NCBI GenBank assembly: GCA_964016885.1
Contig: OZ024742.1
Location: 366,358,001 to 366,422,000, forward strand
Source of the DNA: Eledone cirrhosa
Taxonomy: Eukaryota
DNA: 64,000 bases
Direction: 5' to 3'
Shown here: piece by piece, positions 1 to 15,000 of the stretch
Layout: each line of letters starts with the position of its first letter
Numbering within the stretch: the first letter of the stretch is position 1
The notes under the pieces: generated by a model
The model's database searches: none
The model's input: the letters and a program-made list of their open reading frames with translations, nothing else
Told to the model about the DNA's origin: nothing
Position numbers and translations under genes: made by a program

Positions 1-3000
1 AGCTTGACTGTGGGTCCAGACTGTGAGGGTAAAGTGGGCGATGTATTAAGTCACCCAGTTAGAGCTTGACTGTGGGTCCAGACTGTGAGGGTCAAGTGGG
101 CGATGTATTAAGTCACCCTGATAGAGCTTGAATGTGGGTCCAGACTGTGAGGGTCAAGTGGGCGATGTATTAAGTCACCCAGAAAGAGCTTGACTGTGGG
201 TCCAGACTGTGAGGGTAAAGTGGGCGATTTCTTAAGTCACCCAGAAAGATCTTGACTGTGGGTCCAGACTGTGAGGGTCAAGTGGGCGATGTATTAAGTC
301 ACCCAGATAGAGCTTGACTCTAGGTCCAGACTGTGAGGGTCAAGTGGGCGATGTATTAAGTCACCCAGAAAGAGCTTGACTGTGGGTCCAGACTGTGAGG
401 ATCAAGTGGGCGATGTATTAAGTCACCCAGAAAGAGCTTGACTGTGGGTCCAGACTGTGAGGGTCAAGTGGGCGATGTATTAAGTCACCCAGATAGAGCT
501 TGACTCTGGGTCCAGACTGTGAGGGTCAAGTGGGCGATGTATTAAGTCACCCAGATAGAGCTTGACTGTGGGTCCAGACTGCGAGGGTCAAGTGGGCGAT
601 GTATTAAGTCACCCAGAAAGAGCTTGACTGTGGGTCCAGACTGTGAGGGTCAAGTGGGCGATGTATTAGGTGACCCAGAAAGAGCTTGACTGTGGGTCTA
701 GACTGTTAGGGTCAAGTGGGCGATGTATTAAGTCACCCAGAAAGAGCTTGACTGTGGGTCCAGACTGTGAGCGTCAAGTGGGCGATGTATTAAGTCACCC
801 AGAAAGAGCTTGACTGTGGGTCAGAGACTGTGAGGGTCAAGCGGGCGATGTATTAAGTCACCCAGATAGAGCTTGACTGTGGGTCCAGACTGTGAGCGTC
901 AAGTGGGCGATGTATTAAGTCATCCAGAAAGAGCTTGACTGTTGGTCCGAACTGTGAGGGTCAAGTGGGCGATGTATTAAGTGACCCAGAAAGAGCTTGA
1001 CTCTGGGTCCAGACTGTGATGGTCAAGTGGGCGATGTATTAGGTGACCCAGATAGAGCTTGACTGTGGGTCCAGACTGTGAGGGTCAAGTGGGCGATGTA
1101 TTAAGTCACCCAGATAGAGCTTGACTGTGGGTCCAGACTGTGAGGGTCAAGTGGGCGATGTATTAAGTAACCCAGATAGAGCTTGACTGTTGGTCCAGAC
1201 TCTGAGGGTCAAGTGGGCGATGTATTAAGTCACCCAGATAGAGCTTGACTGTTGGTCCAGACTCTGAGGGTCAAGTGGGCGATGTATTAAGTAACCCAGA
1301 TAGAGCTTGACTGTGGGTCCAGACTGTGAGGGTCAAGTGGGCGATGTATTAAGTAACCCAGATAGAGCTTGACTGTTGGTCCAGACTCTGAGGGTCAAGT
1401 GGGCGATGTATTAAGTCACCCAGATAGAGCTTGACTGTTGGTCCAGACTCTGAGGGTCAAGTGGGCGATGTATTAAGTAACCCAGATAGAGCTTGACTGT
1501 GGGTCCAGACTGTGAGGGTCAAGTGGGCGATGTATTAAGTCACCCAGAAAGAGCTTGACTGTGGGTCCAGACTGTGAGGTTCAAGAGGGCGATGTATTAA
1601 GTCACCCAGAAAGAGCTTGACTGTGGGTCCAGACTGTGAGGTTCAAGTGGGCAATGTATTAAGTAACCCAGATAGAGCTTGACTGTTGGTCCAGACTGTG
1701 AGGGTCAAGTGGGCGATGTATTAAGTCACCCAGAAAGAGCTTGACTGTGGGTCCAGACTGTGAGGGTCAAGTGGGCGATGTATTAAGTCACCCAGAAAGA
1801 GCTTGACTGTGGGTCCAGACTGTGAGGTTCAAGTGGGCGATGTATTAAGTGACCCAGAAAGAGCTCGACTGTGGGTCCAGCCTGTGAGGGTAAAGTGGGC
1901 GATGTATTAAGTCACCCAGAAAGAGCTTGACTGTGGGTCCAGACTGTGAGGGTCAAGTGGGCGATGTATTAAGTCACCCAGATAGAGCTTGACTGTGGGT
2001 CCAGACTGTGAGGGTCAAGTGGGCGATGTATTAAGTCACCCAGATAGAGCTTGACTCTGGGTCCAGACTGTGAGGGTCAAGTGGGCGATGTATTAAGTGA
2101 CCCAGAAAGAGCTTGACTGTGGGTCCAGACTGTGAGGGTAAAGTGGGCGATGTATTAAGTCACCCAGATAGAGCTTGACTGTGGGTCCAGACTGTGAGGG
2201 TAAAGTGGGCGATGTATTAGGTGACCCAGAAAGAGCTTGACTGTGGGTCCAGACTGTTAGGGTCAAGTGGGCGATGTATTAAGTCACCCAGATAGAGCTT
2301 GACTGTGGGTCCAGACTGTGAGCGTCAAGTGGGCAATGTATTAAGTCATCCAGAAAGAGCTTGACTGTTGGTCCGGACTGTGAGGGTCAAGTGGGCGATG
2401 TATTAAGTGACCCAGAAAGAGCTTGACTCTGGGTCCAGACTGTGATGGTCAAGTGGGCGATGTATTATGTCACCCAGATAGAGCTTGACTGTGGGTCCAG
2501 ACTGTGAGGGTCAAGTGGGCGATGTATTAAGTCACCCAGATAGAGCTTGACTGTGGGTCCAGACTGTGAGGGTCAAGTGGGCGATGTATTAAGTAACCCA
2601 GATAGAGCTTGACTGTGGGTCCAGACTGTGAGGGTCAAGTGGGCGATGTATTAAGTCACCCAGATAGAGCTTGACTGTGGGTCCAGACTGTGAGGGTAAA
2701 GTGGGCGATGTATTAGGTGACCCAGAAAGAGCTTGACTGTGGGTCCAGACTGTGAGGGTCAAGTGGGCGATGTATTAAGTGACCCAGAAAGAGCTTGACT
2801 GTGGGTCCAGACTGTGAGCGTCAAGTGGGCGATGTATTAAGTCATCCAGAAAGAGCTTGACTGTGGGTCCGGACTGTGAGGGTCAAGTGGGCGATGTATT
2901 AAGTGACCCAGAAAGAGCTTGACTCTGGGTCCAGACTGTGATGGTCAAGTGGGCGATGTATTAAGTCACCCAGATAGAGCTTGACTGTGGGTCCAGACTG

Positions 3001-6000
3001 TGAGGGTCAAGTGGGCGATGTATTAAGTCACCCAGATAGAGCTTGACTGTGGGTCCAGACTGTGAGGGTCAAGTGGGCGATGTATTAAGTCACCCAGGAA
3101 GATCTTGACTGTGGGTCCAGACTGTGAGGGTCAAGTGGGCGATGTATTAAGTCACCCAGAAAGAGCTTGACTGTGGATCCAGACTGTGAGGGTCAAGTGG
3201 GCGATTTCTTAAGTCACCCAGAAAGATCTTAACTGTGGGTCCAGACTGTGAGGGTCAAGTGGGCGATGTATTAAGTCACCCAGATAGAGCTTTACTGTGG
3301 GTCCAGACTCTGAGGGTCAAGTGGGCGATGTATTAAGTAACCCAGATAGAGCTTGACTGTGGGTCCAGACTGTGAGGGTCAAGTGGGCGATGTATTAAGT
3401 CACCCAGAAAGAGCTTGACTGTGGGTCCAGACTGTGAGGGTCAAGTGGGCGATGTATTAAGTCACCCAGAAAGAGCTTGACTGTGGGTCCAGACTGTGAG
3501 GTTCAAGTGGGCAATGTATTAAGTAACCCAGATAGAGCTTGACTGTTGGTCCAGACTGTGAGGGTCAAGTGGGCGATGTATAAAGTCACCCAGAAAGAGC
3601 TTGACTGTGGGTCCAGACTGTGAGGGACAAGTGGGCGATGTATTAAGTCACCCAGAAAGAGCTTGACTGTGGGTCCAGACTGTGAGGTTCAAGTGGGCAA
3701 TGTATTAAGTAACCCAGATAGAGCTTGACTGTTGGTCCAGACTGTGAGGGTCAAGTGGGCGATGTATAAAGTCACCCAGAAAGAGCTTGACTGTGGGTCC
3801 AGACTGTGAGGGTCAAGTGGGCGATGTATTAAGTCACCCAGAAAGAGCTTGACTGTGGGTCCAGACTGTGAGGGTAAAGTGGGCGATGTATTAAGTCACC
3901 CAGTTAGAGCTTGACTGTGGGTCCAGACTGTGAGGGTCAAGTGGGCGATGTATTAAGTCACCCTGATAGAGCTTGAATGTGGGTCCAGACTGTGAGGGTC
4001 AAGTGGGCGATGTATTAAGTCACCCAGAAAGAGCTTGACTGTGGGTCCAGACTGTGAGGGTGAAGTGGGCGATGTATAAAGTCACCCAGAAAGAGCTTGA
4101 CTGTGGGTCCAGACTGTGAGGGTAAAGTGGGCGATTTCTTAAGTCACCCAGAAAGATCTTGACTGTGGGTCCAGACTGTGAGGGTCAAGTGGGCGATGTA
4201 TTAAGTCACCCAGATAGAGCTTGACTCTAGGTCCAGACTGTGAGGGTCAAGTGGGCGATGTATTAAGTCACCCAGAAAGAGCTTGACTGTGGGTCCAGAC
4301 TGTGAGGATCAAGTGGGCGATGTATTAAGTCACCCAGAAAGAGCTTGACTGTGGGTCCAGACTGTGAGGGTCAAGTGGGCGATGTATTAAGTCACCCAGA
4401 TAGAGCTTGACTCTGGGTCCAGACTGTGAGGGTCAAGTGGGCGATGTATTAAGTCACCCAGATAGAGCTTGACTGTGGGTCCAGACTGTGAGGGTCAAGT
4501 GGGCGATGTATTAAGTCACCCAGAAAGAGCTTGACTGTGGGTCCAGACTGTGAGGGTCAAGTGGGCGATGTATTAGGTGACCCAGAAAGAGCTTGACTGT
4601 GGGTCTAGACTGTTAGGGTCAAGTGGGCGATGTATTAAGTCACCCAGAAAGAGCTTGACTGTGGGTCCAGACTGTGAGCGTCAAGTGGGCGATGTATTAA
4701 GTCACCCAGAAAGAGCTTGACTGTGGGTCAGAGACTGTGAGGGTCAAGCGGGCGATGTATTAAGTCACCCAGATAGAGCTTGACTGTGGGTCCAGACTGT
4801 GAGCGTCAAGTGGGCGATGTATTAAGTCATCCAGAAAGAGCTTGACTGTTGGTCCGAACTGTGAGGGTCAAGTGGGCGATGTATTAAGTGACCCAGAAAG
4901 AGCTTGACTCTGGGTCCAGACTGTGATGGTCAAGTGGGCGATGTATTAGGTGACCCAGATAGAGCTTGACTGTGGGTCCAGACTGTGAGGGTCAAGTGGG
5001 CGATGTATTAAGTCACCCAGATAGAGCTTGACTGTGGGTCCAGACTGTGAGGGTCAAGTGGGCGATGTATTAAGTAACCCAGATAGAGCTTGACTGTTGG
5101 TCCAGACTCTGAGGGTCAAGTGGGCGATGTATTAAGTCACCCAGATAGAGCTTGACTGTTGGTCCAGACTCTGAGGGTCAAGTGGGCGATGTATTAAGTA
5201 ACCCAGATAGAGCTTGACTGTGGGTCCAGACTGTGAGGGTCAAGTGGGCGATGTATTAAGTAACCCAGATAGAGCTTGACTGTTGGTCCAGACTCTGAGG
5301 GTCAAGTGGGCGATGTATTAAGTCACCCAGATAGAGCTTGACTGTTGGTCCAGACTCTGAGGGTCAAGTGGGCGATGTATTAAGTAACCCAGATAGAGCT
5401 TGACTGTGGGTCCAGACTGTGAGGGTCAAGTGGGCGATGTATTAAGTCACCCAGAAAGAGCTTGACTGTGGGTCCAGACTGTGAGGTTCAAGAGGGCGAT
5501 GTATTAAGTCACCCAGAAAGAGCTTGACTGTGGGTCCAGACTGTGAGGTTCAAGTGGGCAATGTATTAAGTAACCCAGATAGAGCTTGACTGTTGGTCCA
5601 GACTGTGAGGGTCAAGTGGGCGATGTATTAAGTCACCCAGAAAGAGCTTGACTGTGGGTCCAGACTGTGAGGGTCAAGTGGGCGATGTATTAAGTCACCC
5701 AGAAAGAGCTTGACTGTGGGTCCAGACTGTGAGGTTCAAGTGGGCGATGTATTAAGTGACCCAGAAAGAGCTCGACTGTGGGTCCAGCCTGTGAGGGTAA
5801 AGTGGGCGATGTATTAAGTCACCCAGAAAGAGCTTGACTGTGGGTCCAGACTGTGAGGGTCAAGTGGGCGATGTATTAAGTCACCCAGATAGAGCTTGAC
5901 TGTGGGTCCAGACTGTGAGGGTCAAGTGGGCGATGTATTAAGTCACCCAGATAGAGCTTGACTCTGGGTCCAGACTGTGAGGGTCAAGTGGGCGATGTAT

Positions 6001-9000
6001 TAAGTGACCCAGAAAGAGCTTGACTGTGGGTCCAGACTGTGAGGGTAAAGTGGGCGATGTATTAAGTCACCCAGATAGAGCTTGACTGTGGGTCCAGACT
6101 GTGAGGGTAAAGTGGGCGATGTATTAGGTGACCCAGAAAGAGCTTGACTGTGGGTCCAGACTGTTAGGGTCAAGTGGGCGATGTATTAAGTCACCCAGAT
6201 AGAGCTTGACTGTGGGTCCAGACTGTGAGCGTCAAGTGGGCAATGTATTAAGTCATCCAGAAAGAGCTTGACTGTTGGTCCGGACTGTGAGGGTCAAGTG
6301 GGCGATGTATTAAGTGACCCAGAAAGAGCTTGACTCTGGGTCCAGACTGTGATGGTCAAGTGGGCGATGTATTATGTCACCCAGATAGAGCTTGACTGTG
6401 GGTCCAGACTGTGAGGGTCAAGTGGGCGATGTATTAAGTCACCCAGATAGAGCTTGACTGTGGGTCCAGACTGTGAGGGTCAAGTGGGCGATGTATTAAG
6501 TAACCCAGATAGAGCTTGACTGTGGGTCCAGACTGTGAGGGTCAAGTGGGCGATGTATTAAGTCACCCAGATAGAGCTTGACTGTGGGTCCAGACTGTGA
6601 GGGTAAAGTGGGCGATGTATTAGGTGACCCAGAAAGAGCTTGACTGTGGGTCCAGACTGTGAGGGTCAAGTGGGCGATGTATTAAGTGACCCAGAAAGAG
6701 CTTGACTGTGGGTCCAGACTGTGAGCGTCAAGTGGGCGATGTATTAAGTCATCCAGAAAGAGCTTGACTGTGGGTCCGGACTGTGAGGGTCAAGTGGGCG
6801 ATGTATTAAGTGACCCAGAAAGAGCTTGACTGTGGGTCCAGACTGTGAGGGTCAAGTGGGCGATGTATTAAGTCACCCAGATAGAGCTTGACTCTGGGTC
6901 CAGACTGTGAGGGTCAAGTGGGCGATGTATTAAGTCACCCAGATAGAGCTTGACTGTGGGTCCAGACTGTGAGGGTCAAGTGGGCGATGTATTAAGTCAC
7001 CCAGAAAGAGCTTGACTGTGGGTCCAGACTGTGAGGGTCAAGTGGGCGATGTATTAGGTGACCCAGAAAGAGCTTGACTGTGGGTCTAGACTGTTAGGGT
7101 CAAGTGGGCGATGTATTAAGTCACCCAGAAAGAGCTTGACTGTGGGTCCAGACTGTGAGCGTCAAGTGGGCGATGTATTAAGTCACCCAGAAAGAGCTTG
7201 ACTGTGGGTCAGAGACTGTGAGGGTCAAGCGGGCGATGTATTAAGTCACCCAGATAGAGCTTGACTGTGGGTCCAGACTGTGAGCGTCAAGTGGGCGATG
7301 TATTAAGTCATCCAGAAAGAGCTTGACTGTTGGTCCGAACTGTGAGGGTCAAGTGGGCGATGTATTAAGTGACCCAGAAAGAGCTTGACTCTGGGTCCAG
7401 ACTGTGATGGTCAAGTGGGCGATGTATTAGGTGACCCAGATAGAGCTTGACTGTGGGTCCAGACTGTGAGGGTCAAGTGGGCGATGTATTAAGTCACCCA
7501 GATAGAGCTTGACTGTGGGTCCAGACTGTGAGGGTCAAGTGGGCGATGTATTAAGTAACCCAGATAGAGCTTGACTGTTGGTCCAGACTCTGAGGGTCAA
7601 GTGGGCGATGTATTAAGTCACCCAGATAGAGCTTGACTGTTGGTCCAGACTCTGAGGGTCAAGTGGGCGATGTATTAAGTAACCCAGATAGAGCTTGACT
7701 GTGGGTCCAGACTGTGAGGGTCAAGTGGGCGATGTATTAAGTAACCCAGATAGAGCTTGACTGTTGGTCCAGACTCTGAGGGTCAAGTGGGCGATGTATT
7801 AAGTCACCCAGATAGAGCTTGACTGTTGGTCCAGACTCTGAGGGTCAAGTGGGCGATGTATTAAGTAACCCAGATAGAGCTTGACTGTGGGTCCAGACTG
7901 TGAGGGTCAAGTGGGCGATGTATTAAGTCACCCAGAAAGAGCTTGACTGTGGGTCCAGACTGTGAGGTTCAAGAGGGCGATGTATTAAGTCACCCAGAAA
8001 GAGCTTGACTGTGGGTCCAGACTGTGAGGTTCAAGTGGGCAATGTATTAAGTAACCCAGATAGAGCTTGACTGTTGGTCCAGACTGTGAGGGTCAAGTGG
8101 GCGATGTATTAAGTCACCCAGAAAGAGCTTGACTGTGGGTCCAGACTGTGAGGGTCAAGTGGGCGATGTATTAAGTCACCCAGAAAGAGCTTGACTGTGG
8201 GTCCAGACTGTGAGGTTCAAGTGGGCGATGTATTAAGTGACCCAGAAAGAGCTCGACTGTGGGTCCAGCCTGTGAGGGTAAAGTGGGCGATGTATTAAGT
8301 CACCCAGAAAGAGCTTGACTGTGGGTCCAGACTGTGAGGGTCAAGTGGGCGATGTATTAAGTCACCCAGATAGAGCTTGACTGTGGGTCCAGACTGTGAG
8401 GGTCAAGTGGGCGATGTATTAAGTCACCCAGATAGAGCTTGACTCTGGGTCCAGACTGTGAGGGTCAAGTGGGCGATGTATTAAGTGACCCAGAAAGAGC
8501 TTGACTGTGGGTCCAGACTGTGAGGGTAAAGTGGGCGATGTATTAAGTCACCCAGATAGAGCTTGACTGTGGGTCCAGACTGTGAGGGTAAAGTGGGCGA
8601 TGTATTAGGTGACCCAGAAAGAGCTTGACTGTGGGTCCAGACTGTTAGGGTCAAGTGGGCGATGTATTAAGTCACCCAGATAGAGCTTGACTGTGGGTCC
8701 AGACTGTGAGCGTCAAGTGGGCAATGTATTAAGTCATCCAGAAAGAGCTTGACTGTTGGTCCGGACTGTGAGGGTCAAGTGGGCGATGTATTAAGTGACC
8801 CAGAAAGAGCTTGACTCTGGGTCCAGACTGTGATGGTCAAGTGGGCGATGTATTATGTCACCCAGATAGAGCTTGACTGTGGGTCCAGACTGTGAGGGTC
8901 AAGTGGGCGATGTATTAAGTCACCCAGATAGAGCTTGACTGTGGGTCCAGACTGTGAGGGTCAAGTGGGCGATGTATTAAGTAACCCAGATAGAGCTTGA

Positions 9001-12000
9001 CTGTGGGTCCAGACTGTGAGGGTCAAGTGGGCGATGTATTAAGTCACCCAGATAGAGCTTGACTGTGGGTCCAGACTGTGAGGGTAAAGTGGGCGATGTA
9101 TTAGGTGACCCAGAAAGAGCTTGACTGTGGGTCCAGACTGTGAGGGTCAAGTGGGCGATGTATTAAGTGACCCAGAAAGAGCTTGACTGTGGGTCCAGAC
9201 TGTGAGCGTCAAGTGGGCGATGTATTAAGTCATCCAGAAAGAGCTTGACTGTGGGTCCGGACTGTGAGGGTCAAGTGGGCGATGTATTAAGTGACCCAGA
9301 AAGAGCTTGACTCTGGGTCCAGACTGTGATGGTCAAGTGGGCGATGTATTAAGTCACCCAGATAGAGCTTGACTGTGGGTCCAGACTGTGAGGGTCAAGT
9401 GGGCGATGTATTAAGTCACCCAGATAGAGCTTGACTGTGGGTCCAGACTGTGAGGGTCAAGTGGGCGATGTATTAAGTCACCCAGAAAGATCTTGACTGT
9501 GGGTCCAGACTGTGAGGGTCAAGTGGGCGATGTATTAAGTCACCCAGAAAGAGCTTGACTGTGGATCCAGACTGTGAGGGTCAAGTGGGCGATTTCTTAA
9601 GTCACCCAGAAAGATCTTAACTGTGGGTCCAGACTGTGAGGGTCAAGTGGGCGATGTATTAAGTCACCCAGATAGAGCTTTACTGTGGGTCCAGACTCTG
9701 AGGGTCAAGTGGGCGATGTATTAAGTAACCCAGATAGAGCTTGACTGTGGGTCCAGACTGTGAGGGTCAAGTGGGCGATGTATTAAGTCACCCAGAAAGA
9801 GCTTGACTGTGGGTCCAGACTGTGAGGGTCAAGTGGGCGATGTATTAAGTCACCCAGAAAGAGCTTGACTGTGGGTCCAGACTGTGAGGTTCAAGTGGGC
9901 AATGTATTAAGTAACCCAGATAGAGCTTGACTGTTGGTCCAGACTGTGAGGGTCAAGTGGGCGATGTATAAAGTCACCCAGAAAGAGCTTGACTGTGGGT
10001 CCAGACTGTGAGGGACAAGTGGGCGATGTATTAAGTCACCCAGAAAGAGCTTGACTGTGGGTCCAGACTGTGAGGTTCAAGTGGGCAATGTATTAAGTAA
10101 CCCAGATAGAGCTTGACTGTTGGTCCAGACTGTGAGGGTCAAGTGGGCGATGTATAAAGTCACCCAGAAAGAGCTTGACTGTGGGTCCAGACTGTGAGGG
10201 TCAAGTGGGCGATGTATTAAGTCACCCAGAAAGAGCTTGACTGTGGGTCCAGACTGTGAGGGTAAAGTGGGCGATGTATTAAGTCACCCAGTTAGAGCTT
10301 GACTGTGGGTCCAGACTGTGAGGGTCAAGTGGGCGATGTATTAAGTCACCCTGATAGAGCTTGAATGTGGGTCCAGACTGTGAGGGTCAAGTGGGCGATG
10401 TATTAAGTCACCCAGAAAGAGCTTGACTGTGGGTCCAGACTGTGAGGGTGAAGTGGGCGATGTATAAAGTCACCCAGAAAGAGCTTGACTGTGGGTCCAG
10501 ACTGTGAGGGTCAAGTGGGCGATGTATTAAGTCACCCAGAAAGAGCTTGACTGTGGGTCTAGACTGTGAGGTTCAAGTGGGCGATGTATTAAGTGACCCA
10601 GAAAGAGCTCGACTGTGGGTCCAGCCTGTGAGGGTAAAGTGGGCGATGTATTAAGTCACCCAGAAAGAGCTTGACTGTGGGTCCAGACTGTGAGGGTCAA
10701 GTGGGCGATGTATTAAGTCACCCAGATAGAGCTTGACTCTGGGTCCAGACTGTGAGGGTCAAGTGGGCGATGTATTAAGTGACCCAGAAAGAGCTTGACT
10801 GTGGGTCCAGACTGTGAGGGTAAAGTGGGCGATGTATTAAGTCACCCAGTTAGAGCTTGACTGTGGGTCCAGACTGTGAGGGTCAAGTGGGCGATGTATT
10901 AAGTCACCCTGATAGAGCTTGAAAGTGGGTCCAGACTGTGAGGGTCAAGTGGGCGATGTATTAAGTCACCCAGAAAGAGCTTGACTGTGGGTCCAGACTG
11001 TGAGGGTAAAGTGGGCGATTCTTAAGTCACCCAGAAAGATCTTGACTGTGGGTCCAGACTGTGAGGGTCAAGTGGGCGATGTATTAAGTCACCCAGATAG
11101 AGCTTGACTCTAGGTCCAGACTGTGAGGGTCAAGTGGGCGATGTATTAAGTCACCCAGAAAGAGCTTGACTGTGGGTCCAGACTGTGAGGATCAAGTGGG
11201 CGATGTATTAAGTCACCCAGAAAGAGCTTGACTGTGGGTTCAGACTGTGAGGGTCAAGTGGGCGATGTATTAAGTCACCCAGATAGAGCTTGACTCTGGG
11301 TCCAGACTGTGAGGGTCAAGTGGGCGATGTATTAAGTCACCCAGATAGAGCTTGACTGTGGGTCCAGACTGTGAGGGTCAAGTGGGCGATGTATTAAGTC
11401 ACCCAGAAAGAGCTTGACTGTGGGTCCAGACTGTGAGGGTCAAGTGGGCGATGTATTAGGTGACCCAGAAAGAGCTTGACTGTGGGTCCAGACTGTTAGG
11501 GTCAAGTGGGCGATGTATTAAGTCACCCAGAAAGAGCTTGACTGTGGGTCAGAGACTGTGAGGGTCAAGCGGGCGATGTATTAAGTCACCCAGATAGAGC
11601 TTGACTGTGGGTCCAGACTGTGAGGGTAAAGTGGGCGATGTATTAGGTGACCCAGAAAGAGCTTGACTGTGGGTCCAGACTGTTAGGGTCAAGTGGGCGA
11701 TGTATTAAGTCACCCAGATAGAGCTTGACTGTGGGTCAGAGACTGTGAGGGTCAAGCGGGCGATGTATTAAGTCACCCAGATAGAGCTTGACTGTGGGTC
11801 CAGACTGTGAGGGTAAAGTGGGCGATGTATTAGGTGACCCAGAAAGAGCTTGACTGTGGGTCCAGACTGTTAGGGTCAAGTGGGCGATGTATTAAGTCAC
11901 CCAGATAGAGCTTGACTGTGGGTCCAGACTGTGAGCGTCAAGTGGGCAATGTATTAAGTCATCCAGAAAGAGCTTGACTGTTGGTCCGGACTGTGAGGGT

Positions 12001-15000
12001 CAAGTGGGCGATGTATTAAGTGACCCAGAAAGAGCTTGACTCTGGGTCCAGACTGTGATGGTCAAGTGGCCGATGTATTATGTCACCCAGATAGAGCTTG
12101 ACTGTGGGTCCAGACTGTGAGGGTCAAGTGGGCGATGTATTAAGTCACCCAGATAGAGCTTGACTGTGGGTCCAGACTGTGAGGGTCAAGTGGGCGATGT
12201 ATTAAGTAACCCAGATAGAGCTTGACTGTGGGTCCAGACTGTGAGGGTCAAGTGGGCGATGTATTAAGTCACCCAGATAGAGCTTGACTGTGGGTCCAGA
12301 CTGTGAGGGTAAAGTGGGCGATGTATTAGGTGACCCAGAAAGAGCTTGACTGTGGGTCCAGACTGTTAGGGTCAAGTGGGCGATGTATTAAGTCACCCAG
12401 ATAGAGCTTGACTGTGGGTCCAGACTGTGAGCGTCAAGTGGGCGATGTATTAAGTCATCCAGAAAGAGCTTGACTGTTGGTCCGGACTGTGAGGGTCAAG
12501 TGGGCGATGTATTAAGTAACCCAGAAAGAGCTTGACTCTGGGTCCAGACTGTGATGGTCAAGTGGGCGATGTATTAAGTCACCCAGATAGAGCTTGACTG
12601 TGGGTCCAGACTGTGAGGGTCAAGTGGGCGATGTATTAAGTCACCCAGATAGAGCTTGACTGTGGGTCCAGACTGTGAGGGTCAAGTGGGCGATGTATTA
12701 AGTCACCCAGATAGAGCTTGACTGTGGGTCCAGACTGTGAGGGTCAAGTGGGCGATGTATTAAGTCACCCAGAAAGAGCTTGACTGTGGATCCAGACTGT
12801 GAGGGTCAAGTGGGCGATTTCTTAAGTCACCCAGAAAGATCTTAACTGTGGGTCCAGACTGTGAGGGTCAAGTGGGCGATGTATTAAGTCACCCAGATAG
12901 AGCTTTACTGTGGGTCCAGACTCTGAGGGTCAAGTGGGCGATGTATTAAGTAACCCAGATAGAGCTTGACTGTGGGTCCAGACTGTGAGGGACAAGTGGG
13001 CGATGTATTAAGTCACCCAGAAAGAGCTTGACTGTGGGTCCAGACTCTGAGGGTCAAGTGGGCGATGTATTAAGTCACCCAGAAAGAGCTTGACTGTGGG
13101 TCCAGACTGTGAGGTTCAAGTGGGCAATGTATTAAGTAACCCAGATAGAGCTTGACTGTTGGTCCAGACTGTGAGGGTCAAGTGGGCGATGTATTAAGTC
13201 ACCCAGATAGAGCTTGACTGTGGGTCCAGACTCTGAGCGTCAAGTGGGCAATGTATTAAGTCATCCAGAAAGAGCTTGACTGTTGGTCCGGACTGTGAGG
13301 GTCAAGTGGGCGATGTATTAAGTGACCCAGAAAGAGCTTGACTCTGGGTCCAGACTGTGATGGTCAAGTGTGCGATGTATTATGTCACCCAGATAGAGCT
13401 TGACTGTGGGTCCAGACTGTGAGGGTCAAGTGGGCGATGTATTAAGTAACCCAGATAGAGCTTGACTGTGGGTCCAGACTGTGAGGGTCAAGTGGGCGAT
13501 GTATTAAGTCACCCAGATAGAGCTTGACTGTGGGTCCAGACTGTGAGGGTCAAGTGGGCGATGTATTAAGTCACCCAGAAAGATCTTGACTGTGGGTCCA
13601 GACTGTGAGGGTCAAGTGGGCGATGTATTAAGTCACCCAGATAGAGCTTTACTGTGGGTCCAGACTCTGAGGGTCAAGTGGGCGATGTATTAAGTAACCC
13701 AGATAGAGCTTGACTGTGGGTCCAGACTGTGAGGTTCAAGTGGGCAATGTATTAAGTAACCCAGATAGAGCTTGACTGTTGGTCCAGACTGTGAGGGTCA
13801 AGTGGGCGATGTATAAAGTCACCCAGAAAGAGCTTGACTGTGGGTCCAGACTGTGAGGGTCAAGTGGGCGATGTATTAAGTCACCCAGAAAGAGCTTGAC
13901 TGTGGGTCTAGACTGTGAGGTTCAAGTGGGCGATGTATTAAGTGACCCAGAAAGAGCTCGACTGTGGGTCCAGCCTGTGAGGGTAAAGTGGGCGATGTAT
14001 TAAGTCCCCCAGAAAGAGCTTGACTGTGGGTCCAGACTGTGAGGGTCAAGTGGGCGATGTATTAAGTCACCCAGATAGAGCTTGACTCTGGGTCCAGACT
14101 GTGAGGGTCAAGTGGGCGATGTATTAAGTGACCCAGAAAGAGCTTGACTGTGGGTCCAGACTGTGAGGGTAAAGTGGGCGATGTATTAAGTCACCCAGTT
14201 AGAGCTTGACTGTGGGTCCAGACTGTGAGGGTCAAGTGGGCGATGTATTAAGTCACCCTGATAGAGCTTGAATGTGGGTCCAGACTGTGAGGGTCAAGTG
14301 GGCGATGTATTAAGTCACCCAGAAAGAGCTTGACTGTGGGTCCAGACTGTGAGGATCAAGTGGGCGATGTATTAAGTCACCCAGAAAGAGCTTGACTGTG
14401 GGTCCAGACTGTGAGGGTCAAGTGGGCGATGTATTAAGTCACCCAGATAGAGCTTGACTCTGGGTCCAGACTGTGAGGGTCAAGTGGGCGATGTATTAAG
14501 TCACCCAGATAGAGCTTGACTGTGGGTCCAGACTGTGAGGGTCAAGTGGGCGATGTATTAAGTCACCCAGAAAGAGCTTGACTGTGGGTCCAGACTGTGA
14601 GGGTCAAGTGGGCGATGTATTAGGTGACACAGAAAGAGCTTGACTGTGGGTCCAGACTGTTAGGGTCAAGTGGGCGATGTATTAAGTCACCCAGATAGAG
14701 CTTGACTGTGGGTCCAGACTGTGAGCGTCAAGTGGGCGATGTATTAAGTCACCCAGAAAGAGCTTGACTGTGGGTCAGAGACTGTGAGCGTCAAGCGGGC
14801 GATGTATTAAGTCACCCAGATAGAGCTTGACTGTGGGTCCAGACTGTGAGGGTAAAGTGGGCGATGTATTAGGTGACCCAGAAAGAGCTTGACTGTGGGT
14901 CCAGACTGTTAGGGTCAAGTGGGCGATGTATTAAGTCACCCAGATAGAGCTTGACTGTGGGTCCAGACTGTGAGCGTCAAGTGGGCAATGTATTAAGTCA

